DNA of 64,000 nucleotides, from the NCBI GenBank assembly GCA_918797485.1, contig CAKKNE010000005.1:1798001-1862000 (forward strand), given 5' to 3'. Of the stretch, positions 1 to 10,816 are shown piece after piece; position 1 is the first letter of the stretch, and each line of letters opens with the position of its first letter. Source of the DNA: Pelagomonas calceolata (taxonomy: Eukaryota). A program made the position numbers and the translations under genes. The notes below the pieces were generated by a model. The model was not told where the DNA came from, did not search any database, and saw nothing but the letters and a program-made list of their open reading frames with translations.

Positions 1-690
1 CGCGAGGAACTCGGCGCGGTGCGGCGAGTCCGCGGAGTGGAGCTCGCCGAGCCGCGTCTGGCACTGGTTGTACTCGTTCAGGTCGCCGGACTCGAGCGCG
101 ATGCGCGCGTGCGTCTCGTAGGCGTGGACCGTGAACGCGTTCTGCAGGTTCTGGACGGTCAGGTCCTGGCGGATGGCCTTGAGCTGGTTGCACGCCCAGG
201 CGTAGTCGACGTCGCCGCCGCGCCACCGCTCCTTGAGCCGCTGGAGCGCCGCGCGGAGCACGCGCTCGGGCCGCACCGTCGCCGCGTCTGGCGCCGCCGT
301 AAGCCGCAGGTAGTCCTTCTCCAGCGCCTCGCACGTGCCGACGATCGGCGCGCGCGCCGCCGACGGCGTCGCGGCGCGCGACCTCTTCGCGCGGCCGTCG
401 TCGCGGAACCGCGACGCGCGCGCCGCGCGCGCCCGCTGCTCGCTCGCGTCGGGCGCCGGCGCCGGCGGCGCCGCCCCGCGGTGCTGGCGCCGCCGCTTCG
501 GCGCGGGCTCCTCGGGCCGGTCGAGGGGCGGCGCCGGCGCCGACGCCCAGTCAATTTCTCGCACTCGTCCGTTCGCTAGCGCGCCCGAGATGATGGCGTG
601 CAGCTTGCGCTGCATGACGCTGCGCTCGCCGTCGCCGCTGCAGGACGCGAAGCACCGCTCCGCATAGGCCCGCACCGCCGGCATGTCCAT
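1..690 (-). CDS. SAC3/GANP-family protein, LENG8/Thp3-like (5' part; runs off the window start)
   Basis: Not in the ORF track. Manual translation from ATG 690 gives MDMPAVRAYAERCF...GTCEALEKDYLRLTAAPDAATVRPERVL...YAWACNQLKAIRQDLTVQNLQNAFTVHAYETHARIALESGDLNEYNQCQTRL, the conserved LENG8/Thp3 motifs. Confidence 0.88.
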   Translation of the reverse strand, partial: MDMPAVRAYAERCFASCSGDGERSVMQRKLHAIISGALANGRVREIDWASAPAPPLDRPEEPAPKRRRQHRGAAPPAPAPDASEQRARAARASRFRDDGRAKRSRAATPSAARAPIVGTCEALEKDYLRLTAAPDAATVRPERVLRAALQRLKERWRGGDVDYAWACNQLKAIRQDLTVQNLQNAFTVHAYETHARIALESGDLNEYNQCQTRLGELHSADSPHRAEFLA

Positions 691-910
691 GGACGACTTA
701 CAGCGGGCTCCAAAGCCCGGCCTTTTACAGTGAAGCTGTGAACTAGTCTAGCCCAGCTTATAGACCCTCTAGCTCCGCGTGTGTGAGATTGCGGCTAGAC
801 TAGCTCTAGGCTAGGCTGCTCCTCCTGTGCATTATTGGGGACGGGAGACTAATAGATCAGCCCGGGGCAGCGACGTCTTGCGATCTTAGCAGGGCGGGCG
901 GAGGGGACGC

Positions 911-3241
911 ATGGTGGCCTTCGGCAAAAAGCTCGCGGCGGCGGCGGCGGAGGCGCCGTTCGACGCGGCCCACTACTTGGACTACGAATCGCTGAAGGCG
1001 CTCCTCTACGACCTGCAGCCGCTCCACCTGCGCGCGCCCGTCGCCGAGAACGCCCTGAGCCTGGCGGTGGCCCCGGCGACGAACGCCGCGGCGATGCCGC
1101 TCGCGCCGCTCGCCGAGGGAGAGACGCGGACGCGCGGCCACGAGGTCTTCCTCGAGCGCATGGATGCCGAGCTGCGGAAGATGGACGCGTCCGTCCCGGC
1201 GCCCGCCCCGCGCGCCCGCCCCGCGCGCCCGCCCCGCGCGCGCGCCCGGAGCGCCCCGCAGCCCGCCCGGCGCGCAGGTTCGCCCACGAGCGCGTGGTCG
1301 CCGTGCGGCGCGAGGTCCGCGCGCTCGAGGCGCTCGACGCGGGGGCGGACGTGGGCGCACGCCTGCAGGCGGCCGGCGACGCGTTCCTGGAGGTGGAGCG
1401 CTACGTGAACCTGAACGTGACCGCGGTGCGCAAGCTCCTGAAGAAGCACGACAAGGTGCTGCCCGAGCGGCCGTGCGCGGCCTTCTACACGGCGCGCATG
1501 CACGACATGCGCTGGGTGCGCAACGACTACTCGGACGTCGTCGTGCGCCTGTCGCGCCTCTACGCGGCGCGCGCGCCGGCCGCGGCGCCTGCGGACGGCC
1601 CGCGCGGTGTCGTCGACGAGCGGTCGTTCGTGCGCGCCACGACCAAGTACTGGGTGCGGAGCGACGACCTGAGCGCCGTGAAGCTGGCGATCTCGCGCCA
1701 CCTCCCCGTGCTCGTGAGCGGCGGCCGCGTCACCGAGGGCGAGTCCAAGGACTCGCAGCTGGTGAACTCGGTCTACCTCGACTCGCCCTCCCTGGAGCTG
1801 TACCACGGGCGCCTCGCGAAGCTGCCGGGAGCCGTCGCGCTGCGGCTGCGGTGGTACGGCACGGGCGAGCCGGAGGAGGTCTTCGTCGAGCGGAAGACGC
1901 ACCGCGACGCGTGGACGGGCGACGCGAGCGTGAAGGAGCGCTTCCGCGTCCTGCCGGGCGACGTCCCCCGCCTGCTGCGCGCCGAGTACGAGCCGCCAGC
2001 GGACCTGCCGGCAGCCGAGCGGCGCCTCGCGCGCGAGGTGCAGCGGCTCGTGAGCACCAAGCGCCTCGTGCCGACCGTGCGGTCACAGTGCCACCGCACG
2101 GCCTTCCAGCTGGCGCACACGAACGCGGTGCGCGCGTCCATCGACACGAACCTGTGCCTCATCAACGAGGTCCAGCGCGAGGACGACGACCACGCGCCGG
2201 AGCAGGGGCGGTGGTACCGCGACGCGGCAAGGAGCATCCCGAGCAGCGACCTGACGCGCTTCCCCTTCGCGGTGCTGGAGCTCAAGCTCGCGCTCGCCGA
2301 GGCCGACGACCTGCCGGCGTGGCTTCGGCCCGTGCTGGCCTGTGTGGAAACCAACCAGTGCGGCGGGTGCACCCGACAATTCTTCACTAAGTCATTTCTC
2401 GGCGATGACGCGGCCGTCCTGGCTCGGTCGAGCGGCGAGGAACCGGCATCGCCATGCAGTCGAGCAGGCGTCGCGCCGATGGCGTGGAGGACGGACGAGA
2501 GCACGCCGCGAAATTTTGATTTCCACACAGGTGCTGGCGTCGGGCGCGCTGGCGCCGGTGCACAAGTTCAGCAAATTCGTGCACGGCTGCGCAGTCCTGC
2601 TGCCGGACGAGGTGCAGGCCATGCCCTACTGGGTTGACGACCCCGCGCTCGCGCCCTCGATCCGCGCCACGGGCGCCTCCGGGGCGTCGCTCCTCCGGCG
2701 GCCAAGCCCGCCGCGACCGCGCGCGGCGCGGCCGTCGAGCGCCTGGGGCGACGCCTCGCCCCGGGGGGGGGCGCCCCCGCGGCCGCGCGCCCAGGGCTGC
2801 GGGGCCCACTTCGCGGACTGCTGGGTCGCGCCCCGCGCGCTCGCGGACTGCTGCCCCGGCGGCGACGGCGACCTCCGCGGCGTGCTCGAGAAGCCGTTCG
2901 CGCGCCAGAAGATCGAACCGAAGCTGCACTTCGCCAACGAGCGCACGTTCGTGCACTGGCTTCACGCGGCCGCCCTCCTGGCGGCCTTTGGCGCGGGCGC
3001 CGGCGCGCGCACCGACGGCAGCGGGCGCGCGACGGCCTACGCGTGCGGCCTCGGCGCCGGCGCCGCGGCGCTGGCGTGGTATGCAGCGCTGACGTACCGC
3101 TGGCGCGGCGCGCGCATCGCCGCGCGCGCGCCCGCCGAGTGGGGCGACCCGCACGGTCCGCTGGTGCTGGGCGTCGCCGTCGTGAGTTTCCTGGCCACCG
3201 CCTGGTGCGCCGAGGTGCGGGCATGGCTCGCGCGCGCGTGA
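911..3241 (+). CDS. VTC4: Vacuolar transporter chaperone VTC4-like polyphosphate polymerase (SPX + VTC + DUF202 TM). Exons 911-1188, 1278-2331, 2531-3241; 680 aa
   Basis: SPX start MVAFGKKL..YLDYESLK and LNVTAVRKLLKKHDK. VTC motifs FVRATTKYWV, SVYLDS, LRLRWYG, FVERKTH, SVKERF, RTAFQ, FPFAVLELKL, KFSKFVHGC. C-terminal KIEPKLHFANERTF plus 3 TM. Two GT-AG introns join three ORF-track frames exactly. Confidence 0.92.
1189..1277 (+). other. Spliceosomal intron (89 nt, GT-AG) in VTC4
   Basis: GTCCGT...CGCGCAG; removal restores the frame (KMDA|FAHERVVAVRR). Confidence 0.85.
2332..2530 (+). mobile_element. Introner element (intact) forming VTC4 intron 2; element 2340-2530, perfect 8-bp TSD GTGCTGGC
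   Basis: TIRs CTGTGTGGAAACCAA...TTGATTTCCACACAG. GTGCTGGC at 2332-2339 and 2531-2538. Donor GT comes from the TSD and acceptor AG from the TIR; the splice is seamless (WLRP|VLASG). Confidence 0.95.
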
Positions 3242-3329
3242 CCCACCGATACGGCCCCGCACCCCTCCGGCTCGGGACCCCGGTATAAATTTGAAACCTC
3301 ACCCGGACGGAAGGGAGCTGCACATACCC

Positions 3330-3788
3330 CTAAAACACCCGCAAAACATGGGGATCCCCCCAGAATCCCCACCCCAACGGAGCAGACGACGACGGTCCAC
3401 ATCCCGGCGCTTTGCGCTTTTCATAGGCCTTCGATTGCGCGCGCGTCAACCTCGGCAGGGGCTGCGCGCCGGTGGGGTAGATCCCCTGCCGCCGCTGCCT
3501 ATCCCTCAGGCGCCGGAGCTCGACATTCAAAGCCTCCGCCTTGGGCTTTGCCTTGGGCTTCGCCTCGCGCAGCTTCAAATTATAACAGCTCTTGCACAGC
3601 CTATCTTTGGCGCTCTTCAGTTTCGTGCCCGGTTTTGGGTATTGATTGCAGACAATGCACGGGCCAAAACAAGGCGACCTCCTCGGTACCGGCGGGGGAG
3701 CGCCGCCTCGCCTACGTTCGTTTGCGACGCGGCGGAGGCGGCGCCTTTTTTCCGCAGTTGGGAGCTTCAATGTCTTCCCCTTCGCCAT
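3330..3788 (-). CDS. Hypothetical small basic protein with CxxC...CxxC motif
   Basis: 152-aa ATG ORF, K/R-rich, CIVC...CKSC; codon usage is less GC-rich than neighbours; no family recognised. Confidence 0.35.
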   Translation of the reverse strand: MAKGKTLKLPTAEKRRRLRRVANERRRGGAPPPVPRRSPCFGPCIVCNQYPKPGTKLKSAKDRLCKSCYNLKLREAKPKAKPKAEALNVELRRLRDRQRRQGIYPTGAQPLPRLTRAQSKAYEKRKAPGCGPSSSAPLGWGFWGDPHVLRVF

Positions 3789-4246
3789 GCTGTTTGGCTG
3801 CCCTACGGGCGGGGCTCCGTCGGTCGGCGCATGCTTTCATTCGTTCGCGCTAGAGGACGGCTGCCTCGTTTCCGCGCCGTCGCGTCTCCACTGGCGTCTG
3901 TGCAACAAGCTCTTTGTCTTGCCTCGTTGCAGCGCTTCTCTTGTGCAAGTACCGTAGGTACCGTAGGTACTTGTAGGTACCTACGGTACCTGCAGCTGCG
4001 TAAAATTTCGTCCGTGACTTCTCTCTGGCCCAGATCTCCTCTCGGGCGCTGCTCCGACGCATGAGACGACGCGAGACGTGCCGGAGTGAAAGCGCGTCCA
4101 GCTCTCGTCCATTCTTTCGATAGTGAGGGGAAAGTAGTAGTAGTAGTAGTAGACTGGCGCGGATAGAGCCCATGTGACCGTATCAACCGCGATTACTCCT
4201 ACGAGAGAGCGGGGGGTGGGGGCTTGTATACGCAGCGTCTCAAGGG

Positions 4247-7200
4247 CTAGCCCCGCTTTTCGGCCGCGCGCTTGCTCGCCAGCCGCGCAGCGACCGAACG
4301 TGGGCCCCGCGCCGTGCACCGATCGGAACAGAACCAGTCCCCGTCCGGAGGGCGCGCGAGGTTGAGGCAGTGCAGGTGGACGGACCGCTCGCAGGAATCG
4401 CAGCACATCAGCTCGCCGCTGAGCCGGCAGATGTAGCAAAACGGCTGGTTGCCGTCCTCCTCGTAGGGCACCGGCTCGAGCGTGCCCACCTTGACGTTCG
4501 ACGGCCCGTCGCGGCGCCGCACGCGCGTGCGCCGCTGGTGGAGCGCCCACTTGAGCTCGTCGAAGAGGTCCGGGAACTCGGGCTTGAGGAACGAGTACAG
4601 GTACGTCTGGACGTCCCCCGCGGTCACGTGGAACTCCTTTGCGACCAGCGCGTAGCGCCGCCGGTGCCGCAGAATCGCCGCGGCGACCGCGTACGGGCCG
4701 ACGTCCGCCCACCGCTCGGCGATCCCGGCGGCGCCGCGGCGCCGCTCGGCCAGCGCCCGCGCCCACGGGAAGCCGCCGGAGAAGGCCTCGCGCAGGGCCA
4801 CCTCCTCGGCGCCCGGCTCGACCACGTCCAGGAGTGCGCGCAGTTCCCGTCGCGCCGCGGGCGTCGTCGGGGGCGCCCAAACGCGCTCGGCGACGGCCAA
4901 CCGGCGCTCCGCGAGGCGCTCCGCGCGGGCCGACTCCGCGGCGTGGGCGGCACGCGCGGCGCACGCCCGGTCGCCGGGGTCCCCGGAGGGGCCGCGCGGC
5001 CCGTCGATCAGGACGAGGCGGTAGGCGCTGTTGGTTTCGCTCTTCAGCCAGAGCTCGTCGTCGACCTCGAGGTACGTGCGGCACGGCTTCCCGGGCCCGA
5101 GCGGGAGGCCGTTGACGAGCACCTCGCCGTCGGGCAGCCAGTCATGGCGCTCGACCCAGACCTGGTTCCGGGCGTCGATGTGAACGTCGCACTGGTCCCG
5201 CGACAGCACCGGGTCCGTCAGGCCCAGGTTTTTCCGGCGCCCGATGGTGTTTGGGCCCGACCGTAGGTAGATGAGTTGGCGCGGCGCCCCCCCTGGCTGC
5301 GCCGTCGGCCCCAACGGCTCGAGCGCCCACGCCGTGCGCTCGGCGCCGAGCTCGTCGTCGCGCACCTCGCGCGCCGGCCGCCGCTCCGGCAGGTCGCACG
5401 ACGGCGCCAGGGCGCGCGGCCACGCGAATGCGCCCGCGGCGGCGTAGGGGCGGGGGACCGGCGGCTCCGCCAGGATCGCGGGGTCGATTTGGAAATTCGG
5501 CCCGATGCGGATGGGCACGGCGTGCCTCGGGGCCCTGGCCGCCTCGGGGTGCTTCTGGTGCAGCCGCAGCGGCGGCGCGGGCGCCTCCCGGGCTGGCGCC
5601 TCGGGCGGCGGCGGCGCGGGCGGCGCCTGGACCGGCGAGTTGAGCGGCTGCATGACGTGATCCCGCCCGAAGGCCGTGAAGACGACGTCGGGGTGAGGGA
5701 GGCGCATGTCCTCCACGAGGCCGTCGTCGTAGCGCACTCTGACCCGCCCAAAGTCGTCCAGCTGGGCCTCGACGGTGCCCATCCAGTGCCTGGTCCTCGG
5801 GTAGGTCTGCTGCACGCAGACGCGGCTCCAGCGCGGCGGCGACCTCCCGTGCCACAGGCCCCCGCCCCCGGGCCCGACGCGCAAGACGCTGACCTCGGGG
5901 TCCGGGAATGTCACGATCTCGATCGTGCAGTCGTCGTAGTGTACGGTGGCCCGGTCCTCGCTCACCGGTTGTGCGACGACGCCTCCGTAATCATGGTCGC
6001 CGCTGAAGCGCACGGCGATGCGGCTCCCGAACGGCGGCGCGGACGGTGGCGGGGGCGCGGGGCGTCGCGCCGGGCGCCGCGCGGGGGCGGGTGCGGGGCC
6101 GCGACCTCTGCCTCGGCCGCCGCTCGGGCCTGCGCTCCGGCGGCGGCGGCGGCCGCGACCTTTGCCTCGGCCGCCGCTCGAACCCGCGCTCCGGCCGCGG
6201 CCGCGACCTCTGCCTCTGCCTCGGCCGCCGCTCGAACCCGCGCTCCGGCCGCGGCCGCGACCTCTGCCTCGGCCGCCGCTCGAACCCGCGCTCCGGCCGC
6301 GGCCGCGACCTCTGCCTCTGCCTCGGCCGCCGCTCGAACCCGCGCTCCGGCCGCGGCCGCGACCTCTGCCTCGGCCGCCGCTCGAACCCGCGCTCCGGCC
6401 GCGGCCGCGACCTCTGCCTCTGCCTCGGCCGCCGCTCGGGCCCGCGCTCGGGTCCGCGCTCCGGCCGCGACCTCTGCCTCTGCCTCGGCCGCCGCTCGAA
6501 CCCGCGCTCCGGCCGCGGCCGCGACCTCTGCCTCGGCCGCCGCTCGGGCCCGCGCTCAGGTCCGCGCTCCGGCCGCGACCTCTGCCTCTGCCTCGGCCGC
6601 CGCTCGAACCCGCGCTCCGGCCGCGGCCGCGACCTCTGCCTCTGCCTCGGCCGCCGCTCGAACCCGCGCTCCGGCCGCGGCCGCGACCTCTGCCTCGGCC
6701 GCCACTCGGGCCCGCGCTCTGGCCGCGGCCGCGACCGCGACCTTTGCCTCGGCCGGCACTTGGGCCCGCGCTCGGGTCCGCGCTCCGGCCGCGGCCCGCG
6801 CTCGGGCCCGCGGGTGCCACCATGCGCTTCTGCAAAGCCGGCGCGGGCGCTGGACTACCGCCCATGGCCGCCACGAGGGCGCGGCGTCCCGCGCTCGGGC
6901 CCGCGGGTGCCACCGTGCGCTCCTGCAAAGCCGGCGCGGGCGCTGGATTACCGCCCATGGCCGCCACGAGGGCGCGGCGTCCCGCGCTCGGGCCCGCGGG
7001 TGCCACCGTGCGCTTCTGCAAAGCCGGCGCGGGCGCTGGATTACCGCCCATGGCCGCCACGAGGGCGCGGCGTCCCGCGCTCGGGCCCGCGGGTGCCACC
7101 GTGCGCTTCTGCAAAGCCGGCGCGGGCGCTGGATTACCGCCCATGGCCGCCACGAGGGCGCGGCGTCCCGCGCTCGGGCCCGCGGGTGCCACCATGCGCT

Positions 7201-9443
7201 CCTGCAAAGCCGGCGCGGGCGCTGGATTACCGCCCATGGCCGCCACGAGGGCGCGGCGTCCCGCGCTCGGGCCCGCGGGTGCCACCGTGCGCTCCTGCAA
7301 AGCCGGCGCGGGCGCTGGATTACCGCCCATGGCCGCCACGAGGGCGCGCGGCCCCAGCGCTCGGGCCAGCCGGTGCCACCGTGTGCTTCTGCAAAGCCGG
7401 CGCGGGCGCTGGACTACCGCCCATGGCCGCCACGAGGGCGCGGCGTCCCGCACTCGGGCCCGCGGGTGCCATCGTGTGCTCCTGCAAAGCCGGCGCGGGC
7501 GCTGGACTACCGCCCATGGCCGCCACGAGGGCGCGGCGTCCCGCGCTCGGGCCCGCGGGTGCCACCATGCGCTCCTGCAAAGCCGGCGCGGGCGCTGGAT
7601 TACCGCCCATGGCCGCCACGAGGGCGCGGCGTCCCGCGCTCGGGCCCGCGGGTGCCACCATGCGCTCCTGCAAAGCCGGCGCGGGCGCTGGATTACCGCC
7701 CATGGCCGCCACGAGGGCGCGGCGTCCCGCGCTCGGGCCAGCGGGTGCCACCGTGCGCTTCTGCAAAGCCGGCGCGGGCGCTGGATTACCGCCCATGGCC
7801 GCCACGAGGGCGCGGCGTCCCGGGCTCGGGCCCGCGGGTGCCATCGTGTGCTCCTGCAAAGCCGGCGCGGGCGCTGGATTACCGCCCATGGCCGCCACGA
7901 GGGCGCGGCGTCCCGCGCTCGGGCCAGCCGGTGCCACCGTGCGCTTCTGCAAAGCCGGCGCGGGCGCTGGACTACCGCCCATGGCCGCCACGAGGGCGCG
8001 GCGTCCCGCGCTCGGGCCCGCGGGTGCCACCATGCGCTCCTGCAAAGCCGGCGCGGGCGCTGGATTACCGCCCATGGCCGCCACGAGGGCGCGGCGTCCC
8101 GCGCTCGGGCCCGCGGGTGCCACCGTGCGCTCCTGCAAAGCCGGCGCGGGCGCTGGATTACCGCCCATGGCCGCCACGAGGGCGCGGCGTCCCGCGCTCG
8201 GGCCAGCCGGTGCCACCGTGCGCTTCTGCAAAGCCGGCGCGGGCGCTGGACTACCGCCCATGGCCGCCACGAGGGCGCGGCGTCCCGCACTCGGGCCCGC
8301 GGGTGCCATCGTGTGCTCCTGCAAAGCCGGCGCGGGCGCTGGACTACCGCCCATGGCCGCCACGAGGGCGCGGCGTCCCGCGCTCGGGCCCGCGGGTGCC
8401 ACCGTGCGCTTCTGCAAAGCCGGCGCGGGCGCTGGACTACCGCCCATGGCCGCCACGAGGGCGCGGCGTCCCGCGCTCGGGCCAGCCGGTGCCACCGTGC
8501 GCTTCTGCAAAGCCGGCGCGGGCGCTGGACTACCGCCCATGGCCGCCACGAGGGCGCGGCGTCCCGCACTCGGGCCCGCGGGTGCCATCGTGTGCTCCTG
8601 CAAAGCCGGCGCGGGCGCTGGACTACCGCCCATGGCCGCCACGAGGGCGCGGCGTCCCGCGCTCGGGCCCGCGGGTGCCACCGTGCGCTTCTGCAAAGCC
8701 GGCGCGGGCGCTGGACTACCGCCCATGGCCGCCACGAGGGCGCGGCGTCCCGCGCTCGGGCCAGCCGGTGCCACCGTGCGCTTCTGCAAAGCCGGCGCGG
8801 GCGCTGGATTACCGCCCATGGCCGCCACGAGGGCGCTCGTGCTCCGGCCGCGGCCCGCGCTCGGGCGCGTGCCCCGGCCGCGGCCACGACCCGCGCTCCG
8901 GCCGCGGCCCGCGTTCGGGCGCGGCGGGGGGGGGGGGCGCGGCGTGGGGGCGGGGCGCGGCGTGGGGGCGGGGCGCGGCGTGAGGGCGGTGCGCGGCGTG
9001 GGGGCGGTGCGCGGCGTGGGGGCGGTGCGCGGCGTGGGGGCGGTGCGCGGCGTCGGGGCGGTGCGCGGCGTCGGGGCGCGGCGCCGCCCGGGCGCGGGCG
9101 CGGGCGGCGGCGTGGGTACGGTGTTGTACGGGGCGAGCTCGCGCAGCGCGCGGCTCCCTGGCTTGCTCCGGCCGCGGCCGCGGCCGCGGCCGGCGCTCGG
9201 GGCCGCGCTCGGGTCCGCGCTTGGGTCCGCGCTCGGGTCCGCGCTCAGGCCGCGGCCGCGGCCGCGGGTGCGGCTCTTCTTCTTGGGTGGCGCCACCAGC
9301 CCTAGCTCGCACGTGTGCTTCCGGCGTCGATCTCTCGTCTCACCTGTGCGGAGGTCCTGTTCGGGGGGGCGCTCCGAAGTTTGATTTCCACACCGCGTCG
9401 AACACGCCCGGCATTCCAAATCGACTATGGGCCCGAGATCCAT
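4247..9443 (-). CDS. Large chromatin-associated protein: N-terminal CxxC..HxC knuckle, PTPRTA repeats, 31-aa tandem repeats, RG-rich repeats, 2 Tudor-like, ELM2-like, FHA, SANT/Myb-like, C-terminal PHD; apparent +1 frameshift near 7350
   Basis: PHD CYICRLSGELMCCDSCERSVHLHCLNLARPPDGDWFCSDRC; FHA NTIGRR..DPVLSRDQC..VLVNG; IRIGPNFQ; VHYDD/VRYDDG Tudor-like motifs. ORFs 7320-9479 and 4247-8887 share the repeat peptide but in different frames. Confidence 0.75.
6100..6795 (-). repeat. Coding tandem repeats (48-60 bp units) encoding GGRGRGRGRGRSAGSS-like RG-rich peptides
   Basis: Repeated CCTCGGCCGCCGCTCGAACCCGCGCTCCGGCCGCGGCCGCGACCTCTG on the + strand. Confidence 0.9.
6799..8836 (-). repeat. Coding minisatellite, 22 copies of a 93-bp unit (APAGPSAGRRALVAAMGGNPAPAPALQKRTV)
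   Basis: GCAAAGCC recurs every 93 bp from 6832 to 8786, with one 94-bp step between 7297 and 7391. Confidence 0.95.
8937..9082 (-). repeat. 18-bp coding repeat (PTPRTA/PTPRPA)
   Basis: GGCGGTGCGCGGCGTGGG repeated about 8 times. Confidence 0.85.
9344..9403 (-). mobile_element. Degenerate, shortened introner-derived intron (60 nt)
   Basis: Remnant TIRs CTGTGCGG...TTTGATTTCCACACCG (9344-9395); TSD CGTCTCAC/CGTCGAAC (6/8). Splicing gives ECRACETRDRRRKHTC. Confidence 0.7.
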
Positions 9444-9754
9444 GATGAAGGTAATCCGGGGCGCGCCGCTGCGCCTCACTACACTACAGGGCGCGTCCCT
9501 TTTGGCGACAAGGAGGGGAGCTCAATTACATGCGGCGCCTGATTGTGCCATAGGCCGTGCCCGGAGTACTTTAAGCTGCCCCCGGTACCTATGATTTGTA
9601 TTGGTACCTAAACAGTAGGTCCTGACCAAGGCGCAATAGCTACATCAAAACCGCGTGCTCAAGCAACGCGCACGGACTCGCAGTTCGGGCGTCGGTGGCG
9701 AGTATTGAAAAAGACGGAGGCTGGTCGCACGGCGCTCGCGGAAGGCGGCGTACG

Positions 9755-10816
9755 ATGCATGCCGCGCTGACGGTTGCTTGCCTCTGCCTGGGCGATGCGT
9801 TCCAAGGACCACCTCGCCTCGCGCCGCGCCGCGCGTTACGCGCCGACGGCCGGAACGCGGCGGTCGCCGCCGTTGAGGCGGAGAGGAGACCGCTCGCGGC
9901 GCGCGCGCGGACGCTCTTTCGGTTCACCCGGCCGCACACCTTCGTCGGCACGGCGGTCGCGGTCCCGGCGCTGCACGCGTACGCCGCGGCCTCGGCCGCG
10001 GCGCTGCTCTCGCGCGCGTGCGCGCGCTCCGTCGCGTCCGCGCTCGCGCCGGCGCTCCTCATGAACGTGTTCATCACGGGCCTGAACCAGCTCTGCGACG
10101 TCGACATCGACCGCGTGAACAAGCCGCACCTGCCCGTCGCCAGCGGCGAGCTGTCGGTGCACCACGCGCGGCTCGTCGTCGGGGCCTGCCTCGTCGCCGC
10201 CCTCGCGCTCGGCCGGCGGTCCTCGGCGCCGGTCCAGCGCGTGCTCGCGGGCAGCGCGGCGCTGGGCGCCGCGTACTCGGCGCCACCGCTGCGCCTGAAG
10301 CGGTCGCCGCTCCTGGCGGCCCTGTCGATCGTCGTCGTCCGCGGCGTCCTGGTGAACGCGTGCTTCTACGCGCACGCGCGCGCGAACCTGGCGCCGCGAG
10401 CGCGAGCCGCGGCGGCAGCGCGGCTGCCGCTCGTCGTGGCGTTCTTCTCGCTGCTCGGCGTGGCCATCGCGCTCATGAAGGACGTCCCCGACACCCAGGG
10501 CGACACAACGTTCGGCGTCGCGACGTACGCGCGGCGCGGCGGGCGGCCGCGCGTCTTCGCGCTCGCCTCCGGGCTGCTCGGGGGGACGCTCGGCGCGGGG
10601 GCCCTCGCCCTGGGCGTCGCGGCCGCGCGCGCGGCCGCGCCGGCGCGCGCGGCCGCGCGCCTGGCCCTCGGCGCGGCGCTCGGCGGCGTGGCGCTCGACG
10701 CGCGGCGGCGCGCGGCGCGCGTCGACGCCGGCTCCGGCGAGGCGGTCGCCGACTTCTACATGCACCTGTGGAAGTGCTTCTTCGCGTGCTACGCGCTGCT
10801 GCCCTTTGTGCGCTGA
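9755..10816 (+). CDS. Homogentisate prenyltransferase (UbiA family; HPT/HST, tocopherol or plastoquinone synthesis), probably plastid-targeted
   Basis: FTRPHT, NVFITGLNQLCDVDIDRVNKPHLPVASG, AYSAPPLRLKR, MKDVPDTQGD, FYMHLWKCF; signal peptide ending GDAF. Confidence 0.9.
   Translation: MHAALTVACLCLGDAFQGPPRLAPRRALRADGRNAAVAAVEAERRPLAARARTLFRFTRPHTFVGTAVAVPALHAYAAASAAALLSRACARSVASALAPALLMNVFITGLNQLCDVDIDRVNKPHLPVASGELSVHHARLVVGACLVAALALGRRSSAPVQRVLAGSAALGAAYSAPPLRLKRSPLLAALSIVVVRGVLVNACFYAHARANLAPRARAAAAARLPLVVAFFSLLGVAIALMKDVPDTQGDTTFGVATYARRGGRPRVFALASGLLGGTLGAGALALGVAAARAAAPARAAARLALGAALGGVALDARRRAARVDAGSGEAVADFYMHLWKCFFACYALLPFVR

Noticed and set aside
3948..3991. GTAGGTACC tandem/palindromic cluster (similar one at 29843-29868)
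   Set aside because: Low-complexity slippage repeat with no evidence of function.
6799..8836. Possible CRISPR array
   Set aside because: Units are contiguous 93-bp near-identical repeats with no unique spacers, lie in coding sequence, and have no cas genes nearby; the context is eukaryotic.
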